The notes: generated by a model from the letters alone, not told the origin. A DNA stretch of 64,000 nt from Pseudomonadota bacterium (GCA_043825875.1 JBDRRF010000067.1:1-64000), one strand, 5' to 3'; numbered from the stretch's first letter, positions 50,430 to 60,586 are shown. Program-made: numbers and translations.

Positions 50430-51833
50430 TTTTGGTAATGTATCAGCATAACGTGGCGGCTGTCCTGCTTTTTCCAGCAGCTTGTTCACCTCGCGCTTTA
50501 ATTCGATTACACGTGTTTCACGACCCAATACTGCTCTGTTCCAGCGTTCTAGTTCTTCGATTTTTCCACCAAGCTCCATATTTGTCCTGATTTGCTCTGT
50601 GATATCGCGTGCTGTTGAAAGTGCGCCTTTCACATTTCCATGTTCATCTTTTAACATCCGGCACCACCATTCCAGCAGCCGAATTTTACCATCTTTGCGT
50701 TTCTGCCAGCTTTCAAGATGTATAACATGTTCACTGCCGTTAAAAAGAGGGTCCACCTGATCGTAAGTATTCTGATTGCCTGTAAAATAAAAAGAAGCTT
50801 CTTTGCCTATAATATCTGTCCCGAAGAATTCTATTCCGGCATTGTTTGCCCAAGTATATACTTTATTGGCATCCACCTCCACGATAATATCGGGAATTGC
50901 CGAAAGAAGCGCCTTCTGGCGATGAGATAAAGCCTGCAATTGTCTTTCCGTCTGCTTTTGTGCTGTAACATCAACAAGCATGATCCGATTTCCGGTCGTA
51001 CGGCCATCAACGCTTTTTTCAGGAACAGCTTGCAGCAAGGTATCTATTATTCTTCCATCACGTGTAAGAAGCCCGCAATCTTCACTTACAAAACGGTTTG
51101 AAAAAACCAGCCGGCAAACGCTGACTTCAAGTAATTCAATACACGATTCAGGCGTACAGAAGTCAGACAGAGGATGTTCCAAAACTTCGGAAATTGCATA
51201 TCCCAGGGTGTTCAAAAAGGATTTGTTGCATTCAGCAATAACAGGAATACCTCCATTATTACGTGTAATAACATACATAACCGGTGCTTCTTCAAACAAA
51301 CTACGATAACGCTGTTGGGATTCTTTTATTGCATCTTGTGCAAGTTTTCTTTCTGTTATATCTGTGGCAAAAACATAATAATAGTTCGGTTGGCCATTTT
51401 CATCTACCATTAAGTGAACAAGCAATTCGACCGGTACAAGCGTTTTATCTTTTCTTATATATTCTTTTTCGTAGCTTATCGGTCGGCCGGTGCGCTGTAG
51501 CTCTTCCAGGTTGGCTATTGTAATTTCCCGCCATTCGGGTGGAGTGAAATCCATAGCCCATTCAATCTTATTAAATTCCTTTATGTTCAACCCCAAAAGA
51601 TTTGCGAACGCTTCGTTGCAGGATTTTGTTTTTGTGTCTGAGTTAACAATCAAAACAGGTTGGGATAACTTCTGAATAATTGCAGAGTACAATTCTACCT
51701 CTTTATGACTTTGCAGAACGGCTCCTTCAGCAACTGTGAGTTTATGTTTAGCCGTAAAGGCTTTTACAAGTCTGCGGATAGACGTAGTTTTGGGTAGAAC
51801 AAAAGTCTTTTCAGTTTGCATTTCCGGTTTCAT
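50397..51833 (-). CDS. Triple-PAS protein with C-terminal coiled coil and no enzymatic output domain
   Basis: DITERK, DVTAQK and DITEQ PAC ends; C-terminal EELERWNRAVLGRETRVIELKREVNKL; ATG at 51833 with GGAGGG. Confidence 0.85.
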   Translation of the reverse strand: MKPEMQTEKTFVLPKTTSIRRLVKAFTAKHKLTVAEGAVLQSHKEVELYSAIIQKLSQPVLIVNSDTKTKSCNEAFANLLGLNIKEFNKIEWAMDFTPPEWREITIANLEELQRTGRPISYEKEYIRKDKTLVPVELLVHLMVDENGQPNYYYVFATDITERKLAQDAIKESQQRYRSLFEEAPVMYVITRNNGGIPVIAECNKSFLNTLGYAISEVLEHPLSDFCTPESCIELLEVSVCRLVFSNRFVSEDCGLLTRDGRIIDTLLQAVPEKSVDGRTTGNRIMLVDVTAQKQTERQLQALSHRQKALLSAIPDIIVEVDANKVYTWANNAGIEFFGTDIIGKEASFYFTGNQNTYDQVDPLFNGSEHVIHLESWQKRKDGKIRLLEWWCRMLKDEHGNVKGALSTARDITEQIRTNMELGGKIEELERWNRAVLGRETRVIELKREVNKLLEKAGQPPRYADTLPKPDNCQPSTDN

Positions 51834-52248
51834 AATGCCCTCCAAAAACCAAAGGTTAAACCAAGGTCATTCCCGGCACAGTATCCGTTGATGCTTTCTA
51901 AACTATATTATATACTTTTAAACATTTATGCTCAATATGTCAAACAATTAATATAAGATACAGCAATTCCCGGTGGAATAAAATTTTTATTATAAGATCT
52001 ATAGGCATAGAAAGAATTGATAAAGTATTATGGTTGAAAGACAATAACCAATAATGTCTATAACAACATGAAATAAATTGAAAATGTTTCTTTCCATTGA
52101 CGATAATTTAATATTCTGTTAGTTTAATGACAGTAATATTTGCATTATAAAACTAATAACATGCTAAATAAATTAAAATGTGCTTATAAGAAAAGCTTAT
52201 AAGCTAAAGTGTGTAAATAATAGTTGTTTATTATTTAACAAGGTATCA

Positions 52249-52716
52249 ATGCGTATGGAAGAAGAATTAAATATAAAACGAATTTGTGTAATAGACGGCC
52301 AGGGTGGCGGAATCGGAAGTGCAATCATCAAAAGACTGAGGGAAGTTGTTGTTGAGACAATTGAAATTCTTGCTCTTGGTACAAATGCCATAGCAACATC
52401 ACAAATGCTAAAAGCCGGAGCAAATCGTGGAGCATCAGGTGAAAACTCAATAGTTCATACCGTACAACAGGTTGACATTGTTATTGGGCCTATAGGGATA
52501 ATTCTCGCAAATGCCATGATGGGTGAGGTAACACCTCAAATTGCACAATCTGTTTCATCTTGCAGCGCAAGAAAGCTTCTGCTTCCGCTTTCTCAGGAAA
52601 ATGTTGAAATAATCGGGGTTTCTTCTTCTCCGCTTCCCCATATGATTGAAGAAATGATAGATAAAAATCTTAAAGAGGTTACAAAGCCAAAACAAAAGGA
52701 AGGTAAAAATGTGTGA
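52249..52716 (+). CDS. DUF3842 family protein
   Basis: VIDGQGGGIG, GTNAIAT..MLKAGA..GASGEN, MGEVTP; start uncertain. Confidence 0.85.
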   Translation: MRMEEELNIKRICVIDGQGGGIGSAIIKRLREVVVETIEILALGTNAIATSQMLKAGANRGASGENSIVHTVQQVDIVIGPIGIILANAMMGEVTPQIAQSVSSCSARKLLLPLSQENVEIIGVSSSPLPHMIEEMIDKNLKEVTKPKQKEGKNV

Positions 52717-52903
52717 AGCCAATGCATATCTTATAGAAGAGAATGACAATAAACTTATAATGGAAGCAGTCGATAGTGTTGAGCCTGAAGGTGATGGAAT
52801 CAGACTTGTCAACATATTCGGAGATCAAAAATTCATAAAAGCCAGAGTGCACTCTCTATCACTTGTAGATCATAAAATATTTCTAAAACCTCATAATTCG
52901 TAA
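52709..52903 (+). CDS. cooT: CooT-family nickel-binding protein
   Basis: MCEANAY start (Cys2), IFGDQK, LVDHKI (conserved His). Confidence 0.85.
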   Translation: MCEANAYLIEENDNKLIMEAVDSVEPEGDGIRLVNIFGDQKFIKARVHSLSLVDHKIFLKPHNS

Positions 52904-54624
52904 TGAAAATTCTTGTAGCCAAGACAGCGGGTTTTTGTATGGGTGTACGAAGAGCCGTAGAAATGGCTCTTGATATGCCCAATAAGTACAAATGCCCGAT
53001 ATTTACTTTCGGGCCGCTTATCCACAACCCACAGGTGCTTGATCTTTTACGCGAAAAAGGTATTACAGTTATCAAGGATATTCCTGAAAACGGGTCAGGC
53101 ACTGTGCTGATAAGGGCTCATGGGGTACCGCCAGGCACAAAAAAAAGTCTTAAAGATTCCGGTTTTAAGGTAATTGATGCTACTTGTCCCCGTGTTATTA
53201 AAGTACAAACTATAATCGGCAAACATGCAAAAGACGGGTATACCTCCATAATCATCGGGGATAAAAATCATCCGGAAGTAATTGGTCTGCTCGGGTATGC
53301 CAGAGGTCATGGATATGCTGTAGCAAGCATTGAAGAGCTTGAGGCTCTTCCCGAATTTGAGAAGGCGATAGTTGTCGCCCAGACTACACAAAACGTCCAT
53401 TTTTATGAAAAAGTAAAGCAATTAGTTGCAAGTAATTACCCTCATTTTAAGCTTTATGATACTATATGCAATTCAACATCTATGAGGCAAGCTGAAGTAA
53501 AAGAACTTGCAGAGCAAGTTGATGCAATAGTTGTAGTGGGGGGACATAACAGCGGAAATACACAAAGGCTCACAGAAGCAGTTATACAGGCCGGAAAGCC
53601 GGCTTATCAGATTGAAACAGAATCCGAGCTTGACCTGGCATCTCTTTCTTCTGCCAAAAATATCGGAATAACAGCAGGGGCTTCTACACCAAACTGGTTG
53701 ATTAAAAGAGTTTACAGGTCTTTAGAAGATCTTTCATATAACAAGGCGCGTGGCTGGCGCAAGCAACTTTACAACATACAATATTCTTTGTTCATAGGAA
53801 ATATCTATGTATCTATAGGAGCCGGATGTCTTTGTTATGCAAACATCAAACTGCTGGGCGCTTCAAATTATTTTCCATATGTGGTTATGTCAATGCTTTA
53901 TATTTTTTCAATGCATGTAATAAACAATCTTATAGGCATGAACGCCGATTATTACAATGATCCGGACAGAGCGGTTTTTTACAACAAGTATAAAGTACCA
54001 CTTGCTTTTCTCGCTCTTTCGGCGGGAGGCGCGGGCATTTTAACTGCATATTCTGTAGGTCTTACTCCTTTTATTGTTCTTTCATCTATCAGCATAATGG
54101 GTCTTTCCTACAATTTGAGAATTATCCCGGAAAAAATAACAAATGGAAAATACAGAAGTATAAGAGATATCCCAGGCTCTAAAACAGTTCTGATTTCTGC
54201 TGCATGGGGTGTTGTAACTTCACTTCTGCCAGCCTTGTGTTTAAAAGCCAGCCCAGCAATTATTATAGTTTTTACATGGTCTGTGTGCATGGCTTTTGTG
54301 AGAACCTCCTTTTTTGATATTCTTGATATGCAGGGCGACCGCATTGTAGGCAGGGAAACAATTCCAATAATCATAGGAGAAGAGCGTACTATACGCCTTT
54401 TAAAGGCTATTCTTGTTTCGATGGTTGCGCTTTTGCTTGTATCAGGTGCATTTAATATTATCACAAATCTTGGGTTTATTCTTTTTATATGTCCTTTATC
54501 TTTGTTTTTTATTCTATTAAAACATATTGAGGGCTATATGCTTTCAGGAACAAAGCTTGAATTTCTTGTAGAATCTCATTTTATAATTGCAGGCATAATA
54601 GCTTTGTTATGGCCGTTTGCCTGA
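52903..54624 (+). CDS. ispH: IspH (HMBPP reductase) fused to a UbiA-like membrane prenyltransferase domain
   Basis: GFCMGV, HNP, IRAHG, DATCP, DTICN, SGNT, TAGASTP; then about 8 TM segments with NN..G..ADYYND and DILDMQGD..VGRET. Confidence 0.9.
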   Translation: MKILVAKTAGFCMGVRRAVEMALDMPNKYKCPIFTFGPLIHNPQVLDLLREKGITVIKDIPENGSGTVLIRAHGVPPGTKKSLKDSGFKVIDATCPRVIKVQTIIGKHAKDGYTSIIIGDKNHPEVIGLLGYARGHGYAVASIEELEALPEFEKAIVVAQTTQNVHFYEKVKQLVASNYPHFKLYDTICNSTSMRQAEVKELAEQVDAIVVVGGHNSGNTQRLTEAVIQAGKPAYQIETESELDLASLSSAKNIGITAGASTPNWLIKRVYRSLEDLSYNKARGWRKQLYNIQYSLFIGNIYVSIGAGCLCYANIKLLGASNYFPYVVMSMLYIFSMHVINNLIGMNADYYNDPDRAVFYNKYKVPLAFLALSAGGAGILTAYSVGLTPFIVLSSISIMGLSYNLRIIPEKITNGKYRSIRDIPGSKTVLISAAWGVVTSLLPALCLKASPAIIIVFTWSVCMAFVRTSFFDILDMQGDRIVGRETIPIIIGEERTIRLLKAILVSMVALLLVSGAFNIITNLGFILFICPLSLFFILLKHIEGYMLSGTKLEFLVESHFIIAGIIALLWPFA

Positions 54625-54637
54625 AAAATATTCTCTT

Positions 54638-56536
54638 CTATTCCAAAGCCACGGCAATGGCATCCAGCTTTTCCCAGCGCTTATAAGCAGCTAAGATTTC
54701 CGTCTCAATGACTTTCAGGCGTGCGGTGATGGCAGCAATTTTATCTTTATCTTTTTTATAAAAATCCGGGTCTGACATATCGGCGAATAGCTGTTTTTGT
54801 TCAGTTTCCAATTCGTCGATTACACGTGGCAGGCTTTCTAAGTCCCGTTGCTCCTTAAATCCCAGTTTGCGGGGTTTTCCCGGTTTATTTTTTAAAACAC
54901 GAGGCTTGGATGTTTTATTTTCCTGTTTGGGTAAAGGCTCTATAACCTGGCGTTGGGCCAGCCAGTCATCATAGCCACCGGGGTATTCACGCACTGTGCC
55001 GTTTCCCTCAAAGGCAAGAGTGCTTGTTACCACGTTATTTAAAAAGCTACGGTCATGGCTTACAAGCAAAAGGGTTCCCGTATAGTCTAACAGCAGATCT
55101 TCTAAAAGCTCCAGTGTTTCTGCATCCAGATCGTTTGTCGGCTCATCCATAACAAGCAAATTGGCCGGTTTGGCAAACATCTTTGCAAGCAGCAGGCGAT
55201 TTTTTTCACCACCGGAGAGAATGTGTACCGGTGTACGAGTGCGTTCGGGAGGAAATAAAAAATCCTGAAGATAGGAAATCACATGGCGTTTTTGTCCATT
55301 AAATTCTATGAAATCATTTCCTTCGCCAATATTTTGAACTACGGTTTTGTTTTCATCAAGCAAAAGTCGCAACTGATCAAAATAGGCTACCTGAAGCTTG
55401 GTGCCGTGACGTATACTGCCACTATCCGGAGCAATTTCTTCAAGCAGTATTTTAAGCAGGGTGGTTTTACCCGAGCCATTGGGACCAATAAGCCCTATTT
55501 TATCCCCTCTCATAATCACAGTGCTAAAACCCTTGATATATGGCACATTGGCATAAGAATATAAAATATCTTTGGCTTCGATGACCAGCTTGCCACTTCG
55601 TTCGGCATCCTGGGTCTTCATGTTCGCACGGCCTATTTGTGCCCGCCGCGCCTGAAAAGCCTCCCGTAATTTTTTTAAAGCACGAACGCGTCCTTCATTT
55701 CTTGTACGGCGGGCTTTGATTCCCTGGCGAATCCAGACCTCTTCTGCTGAAAGCTTTTTATCGAATCGCTTGTTTTGGTTTGCCTCACTTATTGCATCTT
55801 CTTCCCTGCGTTTTAAATAATTTGTATAATTACAGGCATAGGAAATTAAACGGCCTCTATCTAGTTCCAGAATCCGGTTTGCGATTCTTTTTACAAATGC
55901 CCGGTCATGGGATACAAAAAGCAAGGTTTGAATATTTTTTGCAATGTAGTCCTCCATCCAGACAATGGTATCTATATCCAGATGGTTGGTGGGTTCGTCC
56001 AAAAGAAGTATATCGGGCTGTCGGATCATGGCACGGCAAAGCAAGGTGCGGCGCTTCATACCTGCGGACAGGGTGGCAAAATCCAGGCCTTGATTAAGTC
56101 CTGCACGCGCCAGCAAATCTTCGATTTGTGGTGCCAACACCCATCCATTGGCAGCATCCATCTGATGCTGTAAAGTTTCATACAGGGAAATGTGCTCAGG
56201 GTTATCTGCCACAAGGTTGTTGGATAAGCGGCGGTACTGGATAAGAGTTTCGCCTTTATGTCCCAAACCAAGAGCTACCATATCGAAAACAGTGCCTCCG
56301 GATTGGCTGGGTACTTCCTGCTCTAAAATAGCTGTGGTTGTACCCTGCTGGAATCTGATTTCTCCGCTGTCTTGCAACAGGCTGCCGTTTATAAGGTTGA
56401 TCAGGCTCGATTTGCCTACACCGTTTCGCCCTAGCAGGCAGATCCGCTCGCCCTTTTCAATTTGAAGGCTTACTTTATCGATTAAAGGCGTACCTCCCAG
56501 GCCCCAACTCACATCCTGCATGCTGATTAATGACAT
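54638..56536 (-). CDS. uup: ABC-F family ATPase (Uup-like)
   Basis: Two ABC domains, WIRQGIKARRTRNEGRVRAL linker, C-terminal coiled coil. Confidence 0.93.
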   Translation of the reverse strand: MSLISMQDVSWGLGGTPLIDKVSLQIEKGERICLLGRNGVGKSSLINLINGSLLQDSGEIRFQQGTTTAILEQEVPSQSGGTVFDMVALGLGHKGETLIQYRRLSNNLVADNPEHISLYETLQHQMDAANGWVLAPQIEDLLARAGLNQGLDFATLSAGMKRRTLLCRAMIRQPDILLLDEPTNHLDIDTIVWMEDYIAKNIQTLLFVSHDRAFVKRIANRILELDRGRLISYACNYTNYLKRREEDAISEANQNKRFDKKLSAEEVWIRQGIKARRTRNEGRVRALKKLREAFQARRAQIGRANMKTQDAERSGKLVIEAKDILYSYANVPYIKGFSTVIMRGDKIGLIGPNGSGKTTLLKILLEEIAPDSGSIRHGTKLQVAYFDQLRLLLDENKTVVQNIGEGNDFIEFNGQKRHVISYLQDFLFPPERTRTPVHILSGGEKNRLLLAKMFAKPANLLVMDEPTNDLDAETLELLEDLLLDYTGTLLLVSHDRSFLNNVVTSTLAFEGNGTVREYPGGYDDWLAQRQVIEPLPKQENKTSKPRVLKNKPGKPRKLGFKEQRDLESLPRVIDELETEQKQLFADMSDPDFYKKDKDKIAAITARLKVIETEILAAYKRWEKLDAIAVALE

Positions 56537-56651
56537 AAAGTATTATCCTTGAAACCTAAAGTTGTAAAAATACGTGCATCTTTTGAATTCGTCTGGCTTT
56601 TATAATGCAAACCATACATATTTATAAGTTTATCATTAGTATAACGCATTA

Positions 56652-56885
56652 TTAATCACTTTTTGTTATTATATCATTATTTGTTTTTGTCATCTTTTCA
56701 AAGATTTTTGTCAGATCAAAGCCAAAATACCGCAAACACATCAAAAGCAGCAAAGCTGCACCTCCTTCATCTAAATTACCTACAAATGGAATATTGTCGG
56801 GAATAATTTCAATTATTCCGACGCCGATATTAAGAAGATAAAGAAGCGATATAAGACCTAAACATGCTACAATAATCTTTTTCAT
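56652..56885 (-). CDS. DUF1232 family small membrane protein
   Basis: Y.LN...EIIPDNIPFVGNLDE. Confidence 0.85.
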   Translation of the reverse strand: MKKIIVACLGLISLLYLLNIGVGIIEIIPDNIPFVGNLDEGGAALLLLMCLRYFGFDLTKIFEKMTKTNNDIITKSD

Positions 56886-57044
56886 CGGGGCTCACCTTTA
56901 TTTGTATTTAAATTCAAGGCCTTAACCTGCCATTTCTTTGTGATTTTCCGCAAGCATACAACCGAGTGGCCGTATGATACCTTATGTTATAAGGAAAAAG
57001 CAAATATTGCTTCTCCTTATCACTTTTGATATACTGGTTTACAA

Positions 57045-57521
57045 ATGAATACATGTAAAAATATATTCTTTGTTTATATTTTGCTTTTATTTATATCAGG
57101 CTGTGCCGCAAAATATGGGATAGAAACAGATTCTACAGCCAGGTATAATGAAACTGTTGAAAAGCAATTACGCAAAGAAGTAGAGCTGTGGCTTGATACT
57201 CCTCATCGTATGGGTGGAACAGGACCTGACGGTATTGACTGCTCAGGCTTAGTAATGGTTGTCTATAAAAAATTATTTAAAATACAATTGCCGCGTGATA
57301 CCGACAAGCAGGTTTTAGCTGGCATACCTGTTAAAAAAAGTAAGCTTAAAGCAGGTGATCTGGTTTTTTTTGATCCTCCTCGGTATAAAAGACATGTAGG
57401 AATTTATATCGGAAAAGGAGAATTCGCTCACACTTCAAGCAGTAAAGGGGTAATTGTTTCCAAACTTTCCAATCCTTACTGGAAAAAACATTATATGAAA
57501 TCACGCCGGATACTCCAATGA
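57045..57521 (+). CDS. NlpC/P60 lipoprotein peptidase
   Basis: Lipobox ISGC, DCSG, LPR, GDLVFF, HVGIY, FAH. Confidence 0.93.
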   Translation: MNTCKNIFFVYILLLFISGCAAKYGIETDSTARYNETVEKQLRKEVELWLDTPHRMGGTGPDGIDCSGLVMVVYKKLFKIQLPRDTDKQVLAGIPVKKSKLKAGDLVFFDPPRYKRHVGIYIGKGEFAHTSSSKGVIVSKLSNPYWKKHYMKSRRILQ

Positions 57522-57946
57522 TTCAAATTACAGATCAAATATCAATTTCAGAAGGTGAAATAAAAGAAGATTTCATTCAGGCTTCGGGACCGGGTGGTCA
57601 AAATGTTAACAAGGTTGCATCTGCCGTTCAGCTCCGTTTTGATGTAAAAAACTCTACTTCACTGCCAGATGATGTGCGCAACAGGCTCATTCAGATTTCA
57701 GGGAAAAAAGTTTCATCGGAAGGCATACTTATAATAAATGCCAAACGATTCCGCGACCAGATAAAAAACCGCAAAGATGCAACAGACCGCCTTGTTAAAT
57801 TAATACAAAAAGCAGCCGAGATACAAAAGAAGCGTATCAGGACAAACCCATCCATTGCTTCAAGAAAAAAACGGCTCGAAGCAAAACACCGCAGAAGCAC
57901 AATAAAAAAAATCAGAACAAATGTCCCTTCGGCAGAAGAATACTAG
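57518..57946 (+). CDS. arfB: Alternative ribosome rescue factor B
   Basis: SGPGGQNVNKV motif and basic C-terminal tail. Confidence 0.95.
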   Translation: MIQITDQISISEGEIKEDFIQASGPGGQNVNKVASAVQLRFDVKNSTSLPDDVRNRLIQISGKKVSSEGILIINAKRFRDQIKNRKDATDRLVKLIQKAAEIQKKRIRTNPSIASRKKRLEAKHRRSTIKKIRTNVPSAEEY

Positions 57947-58233
57947 AACTTAAAATCCACAACAATAGTACTATCACTCATCTCTTTAATCAATCCAGCC
58001 ACTTCCTGATGCAACGGGTGCACCGTGTATTTACCCAATGAATCCAAGTCCACAAAAACAGATACTATAGCAAAATCGTAAGATCTTTCGGAATGCAGAA
58101 CATCACATCCGAATTTATAATATGTGATCTCAGAAATTTTATCAGGTAAAGCTCCCAGCTTTTTTTCAAGTTTATCTATCTCGCTTTTATCTACTTCTTT
58201 TTTAAACTTTATAACAACAACATGTTTTATCAT
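57943..58233 (-). CDS. Dabb (stress-responsive A/B barrel) protein
   Basis: MIKHVV..KFK, Y..HP.H, VVDF. Confidence 0.88.
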   Translation of the reverse strand: MIKHVVVIKFKKEVDKSEIDKLEKKLGALPDKISEITYYKFGCDVLHSERSYDFAIVSVFVDLDSLGKYTVHPLHQEVAGLIKEMSDSTIVVDFKF

Positions 58234-58249
58234 TTTACTTTCCTTCCGG

Positions 58250-59410
58250 CTATTTCAGAAATACCCTTTTTACGCGATCTGAAACCGATGTAACAATCTC
58301 ATAGTTAATAGTGTTTAGTATGGATGCTATTTCATCAACTGTAATAGAATTGCCCTGTTGTTTCCCAAAAATCACAACTCCGTCTCCCTGCTTTACTTCC
58401 GGTATATCGCCAACATCAAGCATAGTCAGATCCATGCACACACGTCCGGCTATTGGGGCTTTCTGTCCGCAAACAAGCATAGAAGCCCGCGAAGAAAGAA
58501 GCCTGTTGTATCCGTCGGCATATCCGACCGGAATTGTGGCAATGGTTGTTTGTCTGGCTGCTTCATAGGTTGCGCCATAGCTGACTTTGAATCCGGCAGC
58601 AACATCTTTTAATTGTGTAATTACTGCTTTAAGAGACATGGCAGGCCGTAATGATATTTTATCTTTATTTACTTCTTCAGATGGATAAAGTCCGTAAATT
58701 GATATGCCTGCACGAACCATATCAAGATGGGTTTGAGGCATATCAATAATTGCCGCACTGTTTGCCGCATGCTTAAGCTTAAATTCAATGTTTTTTGACT
58801 TAAGCTGATCTGTAAATTCAGTAAATATTTCAAACTGCTTTAGTGCAAATGATTTGTCAAAACTATCTGCCATTGAAAAATGGGTATATATTCCTTCTGC
58901 TTCAATGCCGGAAAGTTGTACAATTGATTCAACTTCAGCCAATGCGCTTTGAGGTTTAATTCCGTTTTTATCATAGCTTCTGAAACAATCGGGTAATATT
59001 CCGATTCTTCCCATACCAGTATCTATCTTAAGATGTACCTTGATTTTATTGTTTTTTGATAATGCAAATAAAGAAAGAGATTTAGCAAAAGAATATGAGC
59101 AGACAGTTTGAATAAGATTGTACTTTATAATATCTCCATATTGAGCCGGTTGCGTAAATCCGAAAATTAAAATCGGAGCATCAATTTTCTTTTCTCTTAA
59201 TAATATTGCCTCTTCTATCCGGGCAACACCTAAATAATCGGCTCCACTATCAAGAGCACAGCGCGCAACCTCGAAAGACCCATGACCATATGCATTTGCT
59301 TTTACAACAGCCATAAGAAGTGAACCAGGATTTGCAATCCGTCTTAATTCACATATATTATGAGCAATCGCTTTAAGATCAATCTCAGCCCAAAGAATAT
59401 TTTCAGCCAA
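58250..59410 (-). CDS. alr: Alanine racemase
   Basis: VVKANAYGHG, KIDTGMGRIG, HAANS, GYADG, GRVCMD. Confidence 0.97.
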   Translation of the reverse strand: MAENILWAEIDLKAIAHNICELRRIANPGSLLMAVVKANAYGHGSFEVARCALDSGADYLGVARIEEAILLREKKIDAPILIFGFTQPAQYGDIIKYNLIQTVCSYSFAKSLSLFALSKNNKIKVHLKIDTGMGRIGILPDCFRSYDKNGIKPQSALAEVESIVQLSGIEAEGIYTHFSMADSFDKSFALKQFEIFTEFTDQLKSKNIEFKLKHAANSAAIIDMPQTHLDMVRAGISIYGLYPSEEVNKDKISLRPAMSLKAVITQLKDVAAGFKVSYGATYEAARQTTIATIPVGYADGYNRLLSSRASMLVCGQKAPIAGRVCMDLTMLDVGDIPEVKQGDGVVIFGKQQGNSITVDEIASILNTINYEIVTSVSDRVKRVFLK

Positions 59411-59420
59411 TACACACTCC

Positions 59421-60521
59421 CTATAGTTTTGAGTACTCCAGGCCGAATGCGTCGGCCACTCCCTTGCATGTTATTTTTCCACACACTATGTTAGCACCGG
59501 ATCTGATCTCGGTATTTTCTTTAAATGCTTTTTTCCATCCCTTATTTGCAATCTTGATAGCATATGGCAAAGTAGCATTTGTTAACGCAAGCGTAGATGT
59601 TTTGGGGACGACTCCCGGCATATTGGCCACACAATAATGGACAACACCATCAACTATATATGTAGGATTTTTATGCGTTGTGGGTTTGGAAGTCTCAAAA
59701 CATCCTCCCTGATCGATAGCCACATCTACCATAACAGAACCCTTTTTCATGCTTTTTAACATTTCTTTTGTAACCAGCATAGGCGCTTTAGATCCGGGTA
59801 TGAGTACAGCTCCTATGACTACATCAGCCACTTTAACAAGCTTTCTGATAACAGCCGGAGTAGACATAATAAGAAAACAATTTTTTGGCATAACATCGCT
59901 AAGATAACGCAGACGATCCAGATCTTTATCGAGAAGATATACCTTTGCACCTATACCGCAGGCCATTTTCGCTGCATTGGTTCCAACTTCACCTGCTCCG
60001 ATTATAAGAACTGTTCCCGGATCTACACCGGGCACACCACCTAGAAGAACCCCCTGGCCGCCATTTCCCATCTCCAGATATTTGGCACCTTGCTGAATCG
60101 CCATTCTCCCGGCTACTTCACTCATCGGGGTAAGCAAAGGAAGTGATCCATCAGATTTCTGTATGGTCTCGTACGCAATATTTACAGATTCTTTACTGAT
60201 AAGTACTTTCGTCAATTCTTCAAAAGCAGCAAGATGAAGATAAGTAAAAATAATCTGATTTTTCTTTATCAGATCATATTCTAAAGGCATGGGTTCTTTC
60301 ACATGCATTATCATTGTCGCCCGATCAAAAATCTCAGCAGAAGTTGTTATAATACTTGCACCCGCTTTCTCATACGCCGAATCTTTAAAACCGCTTTCAA
60401 CACCGGCACCTTTTTCGATCAAAATATCATGCCCGTTTTGCGTCATCAATTCGACTCCGGCGGGAGTCATTGCCACCCTATGTTCTTCTTCTTTTATTTC
60501 CTTAGGAATTCCGACAATCAT
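59421..60521 (-). CDS. ald: Alanine dehydrogenase
   Basis: MIVGIPKEIK..E.RV, VKEP, TYLHLA, PMSEVAGR, DVAIDQGGC, ANMPG; ATG at 60521. Confidence 0.96.
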   Translation of the reverse strand: MIVGIPKEIKEEEHRVAMTPAGVELMTQNGHDILIEKGAGVESGFKDSAYEKAGASIITTSAEIFDRATMIMHVKEPMPLEYDLIKKNQIIFTYLHLAAFEELTKVLISKESVNIAYETIQKSDGSLPLLTPMSEVAGRMAIQQGAKYLEMGNGGQGVLLGGVPGVDPGTVLIIGAGEVGTNAAKMACGIGAKVYLLDKDLDRLRYLSDVMPKNCFLIMSTPAVIRKLVKVADVVIGAVLIPGSKAPMLVTKEMLKSMKKGSVMVDVAIDQGGCFETSKPTTHKNPTYIVDGVVHYCVANMPGVVPKTSTLALTNATLPYAIKIANKGWKKAFKENTEIRSGANIVCGKITCKGVADAFGLEYSKL

Positions 60522-60586
60522 CTTTAAGCCTTTCTCATATCGCAAATGGATAGATAATTTCTTAAAAGCAAAGTCTGTAAAAAAGC

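Noticed and set aside
52110..52170. NikR/Fur-like palindrome upstream of DUF3842-cooT
   Set aside because: Half-sites and spacing are imperfect in very AT-rich DNA
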